A stretch of 63,865 nt of DNA, the filler included, from Craspedostauros australis (lineage: Eukaryota), in assembly GCA_030167865.1 (NCBI GenBank). It is 13 parts of 13 records of this genome, joined end to end, with 100 filler letters (N's around TTAATTAATTAA, not from the genome) between each part and the next. Parts side by side here need not be neighbours in the genome. Positions count along the whole stretch, not along the records: positions 1 to 6,734 come from JALAGF010004200.1; positions 6,835 to 14,976 come from JALAGF010004201.1; 11 more parts are not named here. One strand, 5' to 3'. Positions 1 through 12,314 of this stretch are shown one piece after another. The position numbers and the translations under genes are program-made. The stretch's first letter is position 1. Each line of letters starts with the position of its first letter. Under the pieces are notes generated by a model, which worked only from the letters and a program-made list of their open reading frames with translations, was not told the DNA's origin and made no database searches.

Positions 1-611
1 ACAGCCATGAAGAGCTGTAGCGGTGGGTGACCGAGCGTTGATACATCAAGTTTCACCAAGCTGCTTCCCCGGAATAACATCAAGCCGACAAGCTTCGTTT
101 CACAATCGATCAACTGCGCCAAACGAAGAGAATGCAGTTGTCGCAATGATTCTCACAATTTTATAGAATAACAATGAGGGCTGGTCCTGCGTGCTCTACC
201 AGATCGTCTCTATGGCGCCGTTGTTGTGCCATCTCCGAACGAATGAATCGCTTGCCTCGTGTCGGTAGTTAGATGGTGGACGATGAGATGATTCCAACAA
301 CACATCACGATTCGACTTGATTGACTTTACGGGATTGATTGATTCACGAACGCAACGACGGCTTCGGATTTCAAATTCAAAAATTGGCAATGACCGCAAA
401 TCAACGGCGATGGCACCAACACGAACAATTACGAGAGAAGAGAAGAAAGAAAGAAGCAACGATGGTGGCATCTCCCGATCTCCTTTCTTTGCTATCCCCA
501 CTCTCTGCACAATTCGTATGGTTGGCGCCATGTCACACCCTGAGCACGTCGCATTCATGTGGGGAGACAGTAGCACCACAAGAGCAAGCTCAACAGAGAA
601 GATCCGGCTCT

Positions 612-618
<7 letters not shown>

Positions 619-642
<24 letters not shown>
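619..642. repeat. (GA)n microsatellite
   Basis: Visible GA run. Other short tracts: (CT)n at 5471-5490, (CAAA)n at about 5858-5878, (ATACC/ATATC)n at about 2245-2272, and a poly-Q (CAG)n tract at about 42647-42672. Confidence 0.9.
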
Positions 643-643
<1 letters not shown>

Positions 644-789
644 CGAAGAGGTGGCAACTCCAGAGAGGAACGAGCAACAATCAGCCACTTGCCAGTCTTT
701 CCGATCGAAGGACATCGAGTTTGAGAAGGTCAGGGTCGTTGATGTCGCAGACACCGCAACTGGATCATCAGTCAGCGGCAGCATCACCA

Positions 790-3415
790 ATGTCGAAATC
801 AGTCATGCAAGCGTCACTGAGATGCAACTGTATCAAGCGATCAGTTAGGTTAGCCATCATTTTGGCAACTGCTTTGGTGTCCAACTGGGTGGCTGCTGCA
901 GCATCAGCATCAGCGCAGATGCCATCGCAAGGTACTGCAGACGGTCCAGATGGAAAGCGATATGGCTTCGACTGCTCGTATCCAGTCTTCTCGACCGACC
1001 TGTCAAAGTGTGCGCAAGATTTGGGCGACAAGGCAAAGTTCTACAAGGAATATATGGATGGATGTCGCAAAGTGCATGGTGAGATATGCGATGAGAATGA
1101 GGTGGAACGACTCGAAGACAATGCCCGTCAGCCGATGTCGATACGGGTGAGTGGACTTGCAGGATGCTTCGTGCTCTACGTCTGCGTTCATGTTCACATT
1201 GTGTGCGTTGCCATGGCTGCTGCTGTTGTTGCTGCTGTTGTTGCTGGAGCATGTGAGTGAGTCTATCGGGGAGGTCTGCGGGAAGTGCCGCAGGAATGTG
1301 TTGCCCTTGATGTACAACTCTCCTCAACATCCTCATATTCATGGCATGACATTTCATTTCACTTCATTCATGTTCATCACTTGCCACCACGACCGCAGAA
1401 CTTCACGGAGACGGGGTATCTCAAAATCCGAGCACCGAGCGAGGTTGTGGAGTTAGTCAACATGTTTTGGGAGAAGAACAAGCACCGAAGGCATGAAGAG
1501 GAAAGAAATATGAGCGACATCTACACGAATAACTGGGAGAGCCCAACGGTGAGTGACGAAGTGCAAAGTGGGAGGCATCGCCTGTGAGACAGGCATGCTC
1601 GTACGAGTAGCGAGTGGATAGCGAGCGGATAGTGTGGGATAGAACCATTCAGCGCAGCTGACCAAATCCAACTCAATGAAATCTACTATCCTCCTCCGAT
1701 TTGATTCCATTGCACCGAATATCATCATGTGCACACAAGGAAATGGTGAGCATCGACAACGATGACCTCGAAGGTGGTGGATACACACTCCAGAAGGCCG
1801 TTGCCGAAGCTGCGCAAAGAACGATCGAAGAATGGACAGGGATGAAGCAGCAGATGTTCGGCGTCTACGGCGTGCGCGTCTACAACGAAGGTGCCGTGCT
1901 CATCCCGCACTGCGACACCTTGCCCCGCATCTCATCCGCGATTGTGAACGTCGCGCAAGATGTTGATGAAGCCTGGCCTCTCGAAGTGTACGGCCGCGAT
2001 GGGTTGGCAGTGAACATCACGATGGAGCCTGGCGAGATGATCCTGTACGAGTCCGCCACGGTTGTCCATGGCGTGAGTATCGTGCGGATTCGAATGTGAA
2101 CGCGGCTGCAGATGTGTTGTTTGACCGAGCACTAAATGAAGCGGCAGAAACTATGGTTGATGCTCCAGTGGTCGACAAGCGATGACCGAAGGGAGGGGAC
2201 TTGACTTTTGCTGAATCGTTACGCCCGCTCTGGCTCACAACTATCATATCATACCATACCATATCATACCATCGTGCTTTGTTCCTCCTATCAACTCTAC
2301 TCGTACATACCGGCCATCACATCCATTTGCGCGATGAATCAGCGACCGTTCCCGCTGAAGGGCAGATACTACGCCAACATCTTCATCCATTTCGAACCAA
2401 TCAGCTTCGTTGATGGACGGCCGTTTGTGAATATCGAGGATCCTGACCTTCCGCCGTACATCATCGCTGGATCTCCCGAAGGTCAATACCAGCGCGAGGA
2501 GTACCTCGATGTAAGTGTTCGCGGACTCTGCGAGCTGATGACGGCTTGGTGATGAAGAATGGTGCTGCGATGAGCGTGGATGTGATCGTGCTCGGCGATT
2601 GTAAGTGCGGTCTCCATGGCACTTGCTTTGACCAAACCACCATACTCACACTCTGCATGCGTACCTACTTCTATCTCCATTCTGGGTGTGCATGACTCCG
2701 CTGCGATAGAGCCGACAAGATCACAACTGCTCAGAAACACAGGTCCATGCGGCTGTCTGTGACGGTGACATGGATGCTCTCCGTCGATTCGCGAAGGATG
2801 ACATCGAAAGCCTTCATGCGTTCGACAAAGATGGCTGGGAGGTGAGTATTAGTGCTTCTACGGCTGCAAAACCCCATCGTTCAAACCGGCATCCCTCTGT
2901 CCTTGAGCCTATTCTTCTCCCCTTGAGCCTCCACTTGTGGGTGCTCACATGCTCTATTCCCGTCTTGCGTATCTGATCACCGATTTCGCCTCTACTTCTT
3001 TGCGATGGAATGAAACGGAACGCACATGCACTCGTACTATGTACCAATCCATTCGCAGCCGATCCACGAGGCGGCACGGATGGGACGCACCGATGTTGTC
3101 GAGTTCCTGATACAACACGATGCAGATGTGAACAGCCAGCATGATTTCGGGAGAGGTCTGTCTCCGCTGTCTATCGCCATCAAATACAACGGCGTGAATC
3201 ATGAGATAGTGGAGTACTTACAAAGTGTTGGCGCAGAGGGTCGTTGGTGGGAGCCAAACGACGATTCCCACGACTTGGAGGATGAAGAATACCAGGACGA
3301 ATACGTCTACGGATACGACTATGAATATGTGTACTATGATGAAGACGGAACTGATGACGACGACGAGGAACATGACAGCAGTGCACCAAGCGACAACATG
3401 AAAGACGAGCTGTGA
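790..3415 (+). CDS. ER-targeted 2OG-Fe(II) oxygenase-like protein with ankyrin repeats and C-terminal KDEL (6 exons, about 487 aa)
   Basis: Exons 790-1146, 1399-1548, 1740-2072, 2343-2510, 2743-2841 (alternative in-frame acceptor at 2710) and 3059-3415 are joined by GT(G/A)AGT...AG introns. The spliced protein is continuous: RQPMSIR|NFTETG, WESPT|EMVS, VVHG|RPFPLKG, DKDGWE|PIHEAAR. It has a hydrophobic N-terminal signal (LAIILATALVSNWVAAAASASA), an HxD...H triad (IPHCD...VVHG), ankyrin motifs (PIHEAARMGRTDVVEFLIQHDADVN, SPLSIA) and ends in MKDEL. The start could instead be the next ATG, at 806. Confidence 0.8.
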
Positions 3416-3672
3416 CATGGACATGAACTTGGACTGCGCATCGTGGATGGGCCAAAGCTCGAAGACAGTTTTTGGGGCATGGTGGACACAGTCGAATGGA
3501 TGTTTGTACCATACAGCTGCTCAATGGCAAGACATCGCGGAGTGGTTGTGCACAATTGCTTTGCTTTGGTCTGCCCTGCTCTACTCTATCTGTTCATCAC
3601 TTCCTTGTACTCTAGTTTAGCCTACGTATTTTACTAGACTCTGCTGCGCATGCCTCTTGCCATTATTCTAAT

Positions 3673-5379
3673 CTAACCCAGCGCCGAATCCGGCAAACGT
3701 TGGCACTGCAAGTCCGACTTGCCTGTGTCCACCATGAACGCATGGATGTGGTTCAGCGCACCCTCGAATGAAAAATGGCTTTCTCGATACGATAGAATTC
3801 GTTGCTCTGTTTCTTCGATGTTGGCCAATGTCCACGAGCCGTGTTGCGACGACGACGACGATGTTGATGTTGGTGTTGACGAAAGCGAGGTCAACAGGAC
3901 GTTGCGCATAAGATTCTCGACTTCATCATAACGCACTGCGATCGCCAACTGCTCCCGTTGCATGAAGTCAAGGTACGGAACCCACGGGACATCGCGATAC
4001 ACATGGATCGGGATCAAGCCCATCTGCAGGGCCTCGATGAAATGGTACGACGTCCTCCCAAAGCCACGAGGGCACAGCGAGAAGCAAGATCTGGCCATGA
4101 ACTCCCTCCACGCGTGGCCTTTGTAGTAGGAGAATATCCTGAGCTTGCTCTTGTTGATGGCATTCGCCATTGGATCTTCATCGAGTGCCTGCAGGCCTTT
4201 GATGAGGTTCTCTCTCATCATCGCTGGGGCGTTGGTGTCGCCTCCGACGTACGTTGCGACGAAGGTGCGGTTTGTTGGGTGTTTGCGCAACGGGCGCGGC
4301 ACTTCGCTGGGCAAACCGTAAGCTGGCGGCGGCGCGGTTGCTTGTGTGGATGATGAATGAGTGACCAGCGCATCTTCAGCCTGCTTGAGCAACGGAACAG
4401 GAACATGGCCGTATCCACCAGCCGACAACACGAGCACGTTGGGCATTGCAGCCATGTTGAGATTGACCACGGTAGCCTTCAAGCCCTGGGCGTTCTGCAC
4501 GAGCAGGATGTACGGCACATTCGGCCGCATTTTGCGTTGCAACAGCGGCCACAGCCGGCGGACATCCGGCACATGCATATTGACGGAGAGTAGTTGCCTG
4601 TTGACGTAATGATCCGTCCAAGGCACCAGAATGGGAATGTACGGCCCGAATACTTCCTGCAGGCAGAAATGAGACGCTCCTGGCGACGCCGACACCTCGT
4701 CCATTCGCTTGTCGTACATGGATTCGAGATGAGTGATGAAATGATTCTCAATCCACGGTCCTGCGTAGCCTCCCCAATCGTGATACTTGTGCCCGCCATG
4801 CTGCGCCCATTGGGAAGCGATCATCCGAAGCTCGTTGAAGTGTGCATGAGCATCGGCGATGGGATACACCAGCGATTCGGATGTCATCCGCGGTGCGCTC
4901 TTCCTGAGACAGTCGAATGCCGGGCCGACCAGCGCGGAGATCCTGGATTGCACGTTGGGATCCGCCGAGCAGCGACGGTCCAGATCCGGGGACCGATTCA
5001 AGGCCCTCTGCACCTTCTCCTTGTATCGCTGCAGCGGCGCATGACCCGCCTGCCTGGTTCTGATGCGGCTTCCTGGCCGGGCTTTTGCTGCGGCTGGGGC
5101 GCTTCGAGATGCCGCGCTCACGTTCATGACGATCGTTGGCATTGAATCGTCAAACGTCTTGTCCATGGCCACCAGCGGCAGATCCGATTTGAGGAGGATG
5201 CAGATCACGATGGAACCGATCCAGACGAACAGCAGAAGCGGCCGATAGTTCTGCCCATGCTGCTGCGTGGATCCGAGAGGTCTGGAGTTGGCAGTGGACA
5301 CCGATGTTTCGGTTGCCTTTGATGTTGCTGCATGTCTACCATGCTTGTCGCATTTGCCGCGAGTGGCGCCTTTCGACAT
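3673..5379 (-). CDS. Exostosin-family (GT47-like) glycosyltransferase, type II membrane protein
   Basis: Intronless 568-aa ORF with a single N-terminal TM segment (LLLFVWIGSIVICILL). It carries the exostosin-like motif MARSCFSLCPRGFGRTSYHFIEALQMGLIPIHV. Confidence 0.75.
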   Translation of the reverse strand: MSKGATRGKCDKHGRHAATSKATETSVSTANSRPLGSTQQHGQNYRPLLLFVWIGSIVICILLKSDLPLVAMDKTFDDSMPTIVMNVSAASRSAPAAAKARPGSRIRTRQAGHAPLQRYKEKVQRALNRSPDLDRRCSADPNVQSRISALVGPAFDCLRKSAPRMTSESLVYPIADAHAHFNELRMIASQWAQHGGHKYHDWGGYAGPWIENHFITHLESMYDKRMDEVSASPGASHFCLQEVFGPYIPILVPWTDHYVNRQLLSVNMHVPDVRRLWPLLQRKMRPNVPYILLVQNAQGLKATVVNLNMAAMPNVLVLSAGGYGHVPVPLLKQAEDALVTHSSSTQATAPPPAYGLPSEVPRPLRKHPTNRTFVATYVGGDTNAPAMMRENLIKGLQALDEDPMANAINKSKLRIFSYYKGHAWREFMARSCFSLCPRGFGRTSYHFIEALQMGLIPIHVYRDVPWVPYLDFMQREQLAIAVRYDEVENLMRNVLLTSLSSTPTSTSSSSSQHGSWTLANIEETEQRILSYRESHFSFEGALNHIHAFMVDTGKSDLQCQRLPDSALG

Positions 5380-6734
5380 TGGGACTATGATTGGAGGGGA
5401 CTATGATTGGAGTGGAGTGGAGCATGAATTAGTGTGCGCGACTAGTCGTATGGTATGCAACACGAACGTACTCTCTCTCTCTCTCTCTCTGGGTCATTGT
5501 TGGGAGACCAGCGAAGGAACAGGCAAACACGGACACATACAGACCGTGGCAAGAAAACAAAGCAACAAACAACAGACAGAGCTCAAAACAAGAATCGAAT
5601 TATCGAACACAAACAACACGTTCGTTACTTCATCACATTCGCATCCTCCATGACGGGCTATCGCTGTGTGAAAATCACAGTCCTCGTTTGGCGCGTTTCC
5701 TGGTGGTTTCGTCCAACAATCCATCGAGTCCTGTATTTACGTGATTCATGTGCTTGTTGTGACAACGTCACCAAGACTTTCTCCGCATCTCCACTCCATT
5801 GTGTCTGTATGTAATACACACACATGCAAGGAAATCACAGACAGAAGCAAATAACGAACAAACAAACAAACAAACAAAACACAGACAGACATGGTGTCAA
5901 CAACACACTAGCGCAAACGAGACAAGTCGGAAGCTGACATCCATCTGACTGCCTTCCCTGATTCCCCTTGTTTCCTCTCGTCGTCCCACTGTGCGATCAC
6001 TCTCGCTTCGTCTCTCCCTCCCTGCCTGCCAACAGTGTGAAGTATGATCAGCTCGTGTGCCTTTGCAACTTCGCGAGTACGAGCCATGCGTGTGATGTTC
6101 TGCGATTATTATGAGGATGATGCGAAGTCAAGTGCTCTCTCCAGAGAGAGAGGGAGAGAGAGAGCAGAGCAGATTATGAGAGCACGGTATGTAGATTGCT
6201 CTACTCTGTTATAGCTCGTACAACACTGCAGGAGGATACGGAGAGGAGAGTCGGGTGAAGTACTCGCGGCCTGCAGTTCCAACGTTTGGTGCGACATACT
6301 TTCTGCAGCGGCACGGTGGCAACATCAACAGAACATAGTCGTAGACGCTCTGTGGCACCATACGAGTATGGCATGCCACTCTTTGGAGCTCGGTAGCTCA
6401 TACCCGCAGAGATCACAAACTTCCCTTGTCGATTCGATGCCAGCGCTGTTATCCTTAGCGTTGATTGCGTTGATCATGCATGGACGTTAGATCGACGAGA
6501 GGATCCTTGGCGGTTGATCTCAACAGTTCCCAGCGCGTCTCCCCCAACACGGAAGACGAGGGATCTTGCGCAACCTATCAACACAAAACCGGTGATGTCT
6601 TGGCCGAAGGCCGTATGCAGCGAGCACGAACGTCACGCAAGAATAACAAGCACAACACCAAAGAACAACGCCCAAGAACAGCAACACCAAATCCGCGAGA
6701 GATGCTCGCAGAGCGAATGTCACGAACCAAGAAA

Positions 6735-6834
6735 NNNNNNNNNNNNNNNNNNNNNNNNNNNNNNNNNNNNNNNNNNNNTTAATTAATTAANNNNNNNNNN
6801 NNNNNNNNNNNNNNNNNNNNNNNNNNNNNNNNNN
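6735..6834. other. Artificial contig-joining linker (44 N + TTAATTAATTAA + 44 N), first of 12
   Basis: The same 100-nt spacer, with stops in all six frames, recurs at 14977-15076, 19709-19808, 26137-26236, 29585-29684, 31805-31904, 34144-34243, 36482-36581, 52750-52849, 55573-55672, 60738-60837 and 62416-62515. Confidence 0.98.
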
Positions 6835-7445
6835 ACAGCCATGAAGAGCTGTAGCGGTGGGTGACCGAGCGTTGATACATCAAGTTTCACCAAGCTGCTT
6901 CCCCGGAATAACATCAAGCCGACAAGCTTCGTTTCACAATCGATCAACTGCGCCAAACGAAGAGAATGCAGTTGTCGCAATGATTCTCACAATTTTATAG
7001 AATAACAATGAGGGCTGGTCCTGCGTGCTCTACCAGATCGTCTCTATGGCGCCGTTGTTGTGCCATCTCCGAACGAATGAATCGCTTGCCTCGTGTCGGT
7101 AGTTAGATGGTGGACGATGAGATGATTCCAACAACACATCACGATTCGACTTGATTGACTTTACGGGATTGATTGATTCACGAACGCAACGACGGCTTCG
7201 GATTTCAAATTCAAAAATTGGCAATGACCGCAAATCAACGGCGATGGCACCAACACGAACAATTACGAGAGAAGAGAAGAAAGAAAGAAGCAACGATGGT
7301 GGCATCTCCCGATCTCCTTTCTTTGCTATCCCCACTCTCTGCACAATTCGTATGGTTGGCGCCATGTCACACCCTGAGCACGTCGCATTCATGTGGGGAG
7401 ACAGTAGCACCACAAGAGCAAGCTCAACAGAGAAGATCCGGCTCT

Positions 7446-7477
<32 letters not shown>

Positions 7478-7623
7478 CGAAGAGGTGGCAACTCCAGAGA
7501 GGAACGAGCAACAATCAGCCACTTGCCAGTCTTTCCGATCGAAGGACATCGAGTTTGAGAAGGTCAGGGTCGTTGATGTCGCAGACACCGCAACTGGATC
7601 ATCAGTCAGCGGCAGCATCACCA

Positions 7624-10249
7624 ATGTCGAAATCAGTCATGCAAGCGTCACTGAGATGCAACTGTATCAAGCGATCAGTTAGGTTAGCCATCATTTTGGC
7701 AACTGCTTTGGTGTCCAACTGGGTGGCTGCTGCAGCATCAGCATCAGCGCAGATGCCATCGCAAGGTACTGCAGACGGTCCAGATGGAAAGCGATATGGC
7801 TTCGACTGCTCGTATCCAGTCTTCTCGACCGACCTGTCAAAGTGTGCGCAAGATTTGGGCGACAAGGCAAAGTTCTACAAGGAATATATGGATGGATGTC
7901 GCAAAGTGCATGGTGAGATATGCGATGAGAATGAGGTGGAACGACTCGAAGACAATGCCCGTCAGCCGATGTCGATACGGGTGAGTGGACTTGCAGGATG
8001 CTTCGTGCTCTACGTCTGCGTTCATGTTCACATTGTGTGCGTTGCCATGGCTGCTGCTGTTGTTGCTGCTGTTGTTGCTGGAGCATGTGAGTGAGTCTAT
8101 CGGGGAGGTCTGCGGGAAGTGCCGCAGGAATGTGTTGCCCTTGATGTACAACTCTCCTCAACATCCTCATATTCATGGCATGACATTTCATTTCACTTCA
8201 TTCATGTTCATCACTTGCCACCACGACCGCAGAACTTCACGGAGACGGGGTATCTCAAAATCCGAGCACCGAGCGAGGTTGTGGAGTTAGTCAACATGTT
8301 TTGGGAGAAGAACAAGCACCGAAGGCATGAAGAGGAAAGAAATATGAGCGACATCTACACGAATAACTGGGAGAGCCCAACGGTGAGTGACGAAGTGCAA
8401 AGTGGGAGGCATCGCCTGTGAGACAGGCATGCTCGTACGAGTAGCGAGTGGATAGCGAGCGGATAGTGTGGGATAGAACCATTCAGCGCAGCTGACCAAA
8501 TCCAACTCAATGAAATCTACTATCCTCCTCCGATTTGATTCCATTGCACCGAATATCATCATGTGCACACAAGGAAATGGTGAGCATCGACAACGATGAC
8601 CTCGAAGGTGGTGGATACACACTCCAGAAGGCCGTTGCCGAAGCTGCGCAAAGAACGATCGAAGAATGGACAGGGATGAAGCAGCAGATGTTCGGCGTCT
8701 ACGGCGTGCGCGTCTACAACGAAGGTGCCGTGCTCATCCCGCACTGCGACACCTTGCCCCGCATCTCATCCGCGATTGTGAACGTCGCGCAAGATGTTGA
8801 TGAAGCCTGGCCTCTCGAAGTGTACGGCCGCGATGGGTTGGCAGTGAACATCACGATGGAGCCTGGCGAGATGATCCTGTACGAGTCCGCCACGGTTGTC
8901 CATGGCGTGAGTATCGTGCGGATTCGAATGTGAACGCGGCTGCAGATGTGTTGTTTGACCGAGCACTAAATGAAGCGGCAGAAACTATGGTTGATGCTCC
9001 AGTGGTCGACAAGCGATGACCGAAGGGAGGGGACTTGACTTTTGCTGAATCGTTACGCCCGCTCTGGCTCACAACTATCATATCATACCATACCATATCA
9101 TACCATCGTGCTTTGTTCCTCCTATCAACTCTACTCGTACATACCGGCCATCACATCCATTTGCGCGATGAATCAGCGACCGTTCCCGCTGAAGGGCAGA
9201 TACTACGCCAACATCTTCATCCATTTCGAACCAATCAGCTTCGTTGATGGACGGCCGTTTGTGAATATCGAGGATCCTGACCTTCCGCCGTACATCATCG
9301 CTGGATCTCCCGAAGGTCAATACCAGCGCGAGGAGTACCTCGATGTAAGTGTTCGCGGACTCTGCGAGCTGATGACGGCTTGGTGATGAAGAATGGTGCT
9401 GCGATGAGCGTGGATGTGATCGTGCTCGGCGATTGTAAGTGCGGTCTCCATGGCACTTGCTTTGACCAAACCACCATACTCACACTCTGCATGCGTACCT
9501 ACTTCTATCTCCATTCTGGGTGTGCATGACTCCGCTGCGATAGAGCCGACAAGATCACAACTGCTCAGAAACACAGGTCCATGCGGCTGTCTGTGACGGT
9601 GACATGGATGCTCTCCGTCGATTCGCGAAGGATGACATCGAAAGCCTTCATGCGTTCGACAAAGATGGCTGGGAGGTGAGTATTAGTGCTTCTACGGCTG
9701 CAAAACCCCATCGTTCAAACCGGCATCCCTCTGTCCTTGAGCCTATTCTTCTCCCCTTGAGCCTCCACTTGTGGGTGCTCACATGCTCTATTCCCGTCTT
9801 GCGTATCTGATCACCGATTTCGCCTCTACTTCTTTGCGATGGAATGAAACGGAACGCACATGCACTCGTACTATGTACCAATCCATTCGCAGCCGATCCA
9901 CGAGGCGGCACGGATGGGACGCACCGATGTTGTCGAGTTCCTGATACAACACGATGCAGATGTGAACAGCCAGCATGATTTCGGGAGAGGTCTGTCTCCG
10001 CTGTCTATCGCCATCAAATACAACGGCGTGAATCATGAGATAGTGGAGTACTTACAAAGTGTTGGCGCAGAGGGTCGTTGGTGGGAGCCAAACGACGATT
10101 CCCACGACTTGGAGGATGAAGAATACCAGGACGAATACGTCTACGGATACGACTATGAATATGTGTACTATGATGAAGACGGAACTGATGACGACGACGA
10201 GGAACATGACAGCAGTGCACCAAGCGACAACATGAAAGACGAGCTGTGA
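7624..10249 (+). CDS. Second copy (allele) of the 2OG-Fe(II) oxygenase-ankyrin-KDEL gene
   Basis: Same sequence and exon structure as 790-3415 at offset +6834: exons 7624-7980, 8233-8382, 8574-8906, 9177-9344, 9577-9675 and 9893-10249. Confidence 0.8.
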
Positions 10250-10506
10250 CATGGACATGAACTTGGACTGCGCATCGTGGATGGGCCAAAGCTCGAAGAC
10301 AGTTTTTGGGGCATGGTGGACACAGTCGAATGGATGTTTGTACCATACAGCTGCTCAATGGCAAGACATCGCGGAGTGGTTGTGCACAATTGCTTTGCTT
10401 TGGTCTGCCCTGCTCTACTCTATCTGTTCATCACTTCCTTGTACTCTAGTTTAGCCTACGTATTTTACTAGACTCTGCTGCGCATGCCTCTTGCCATTAT
10501 TCTAAT

Positions 10507-12213
10507 CTAACCCAGCGCCGAATCCGGCAAACGTTGGCACTGCAAGTCCGACTTGCCTGTGTCCACCATGAACGCATGGATGTGGTTCAGCGCACCCTCG
10601 AATGAAAAATGGCTTTCTCGATACGATAGAATTCGTTGCTCTGTTTCTTCGATGTTGGCCAATGTCCACGAGCCGTGTTGCGACGACGACGACGATGTTG
10701 ATGTTGGTGTTGACGAAAGCGAGGTCAACAGGACGTTGCGCATAAGATTCTCGACTTCATCATAACGCACTGCGATCGCCAACTGCTCCCGTTGCATGAA
10801 GTCAAGGTACGGAACCCACGGGACATCGCGATACACATGGATCGGGATCAAGCCCATCTGCAGGGCCTCGATGAAATGGTACGACGTCCTCCCAAAGCCA
10901 CGAGGGCACAGCGAGAAGCAAGATCTGGCCATGAACTCCCTCCACGCGTGGCCTTTGTAGTAGGAGAATATCCTGAGCTTGCTCTTGTTGATGGCATTCG
11001 CCATTGGATCTTCATCGAGTGCCTGCAGGCCTTTGATGAGGTTCTCTCTCATCATCGCTGGGGCGTTGGTGTCGCCTCCGACGTACGTTGCGACGAAGGT
11101 GCGGTTTGTTGGGTGTTTGCGCAACGGGCGCGGCACTTCGCTGGGCAAACCGTAAGCTGGCGGCGGCGCGGTTGCTTGTGTGGATGATGAATGAGTGACC
11201 AGCGCATCTTCAGCCTGCTTGAGCAACGGAACAGGAACATGGCCGTATCCACCAGCCGACAACACGAGCACGTTGGGCATTGCAGCCATGTTGAGATTGA
11301 CCACGGTAGCCTTCAAGCCCTGGGCGTTCTGCACGAGCAGGATGTACGGCACATTCGGCCGCATTTTGCGTTGCAACAGCGGCCACAGCCGGCGGACATC
11401 CGGCACATGCATATTGACGGAGAGTAGTTGCCTGTTGACGTAATGATCCGTCCAAGGCACCAGAATGGGAATGTACGGCCCGAATACTTCCTGCAGGCAG
11501 AAATGAGACGCTCCTGGCGACGCCGACACCTCGTCCATTCGCTTGTCGTACATGGATTCGAGATGAGTGATGAAATGATTCTCAATCCACGGTCCTGCGT
11601 AGCCTCCCCAATCGTGATACTTGTGCCCGCCATGCTGCGCCCATTGGGAAGCGATCATCCGAAGCTCGTTGAAGTGTGCATGAGCATCGGCGATGGGATA
11701 CACCAGCGATTCGGATGTCATCCGCGGTGCGCTCTTCCTGAGACAGTCGAATGCCGGGCCGACCAGCGCGGAGATCCTGGATTGCACGTTGGGATCCGCC
11801 GAGCAGCGACGGTCCAGATCCGGGGACCGATTCAAGGCCCTCTGCACCTTCTCCTTGTATCGCTGCAGCGGCGCATGACCCGCCTGCCTGGTTCTGATGC
11901 GGCTTCCTGGCCGGGCTTTTGCTGCGGCTGGGGCGCTTCGAGATGCCGCGCTCACGTTCATGACGATCGTTGGCATTGAATCGTCAAACGTCTTGTCCAT
12001 GGCCACCAGCGGCAGATCCGATTTGAGGAGGATGCAGATCACGATGGAACCGATCCAGACGAACAGCAGAAGCGGCCGATAGTTCTGCCCATGCTGCTGC
12101 GTGGATCCGAGAGGTCTGGAGTTGGCAGTGGACACCGATGTTTCGGTTGCCATTGATGTTGCTGCATGTCTACCATGCTTGTCGCATTTGCCGCGAGTGG
12201 AGCCTTTCGACAT
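10507..12213 (-). CDS. Second allele of the GT47/exostosin-like glycosyltransferase
   Basis: 568 aa. Differs from 3673-5379 at two N-terminal residues (A5S, K21M). Confidence 0.75.
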   Translation of the reverse strand: MSKGSTRGKCDKHGRHAATSMATETSVSTANSRPLGSTQQHGQNYRPLLLFVWIGSIVICILLKSDLPLVAMDKTFDDSMPTIVMNVSAASRSAPAAAKARPGSRIRTRQAGHAPLQRYKEKVQRALNRSPDLDRRCSADPNVQSRISALVGPAFDCLRKSAPRMTSESLVYPIADAHAHFNELRMIASQWAQHGGHKYHDWGGYAGPWIENHFITHLESMYDKRMDEVSASPGASHFCLQEVFGPYIPILVPWTDHYVNRQLLSVNMHVPDVRRLWPLLQRKMRPNVPYILLVQNAQGLKATVVNLNMAAMPNVLVLSAGGYGHVPVPLLKQAEDALVTHSSSTQATAPPPAYGLPSEVPRPLRKHPTNRTFVATYVGGDTNAPAMMRENLIKGLQALDEDPMANAINKSKLRIFSYYKGHAWREFMARSCFSLCPRGFGRTSYHFIEALQMGLIPIHVYRDVPWVPYLDFMQREQLAIAVRYDEVENLMRNVLLTSLSSTPTSTSSSSSQHGSWTLANIEETEQRILSYRESHFSFEGALNHIHAFMVDTGKSDLQCQRLPDSALG

Positions 12214-12314
12214 TGGGACTATGATTGGAGGGGACTATGATTGGAGTGGAGTGGAGTGGAGTGGAGCATGAATTAGTGTGTGCGACTAGTCGTATGGTAT
12301 GCAACACGAACGTA

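Noticed and set aside
1..620. Short ORFs upstream of the oxygenase gene, and in 5400-6734
   Set aside because: No recognisable motifs or consistent splice pattern; could be UTR or intergenic sequence.
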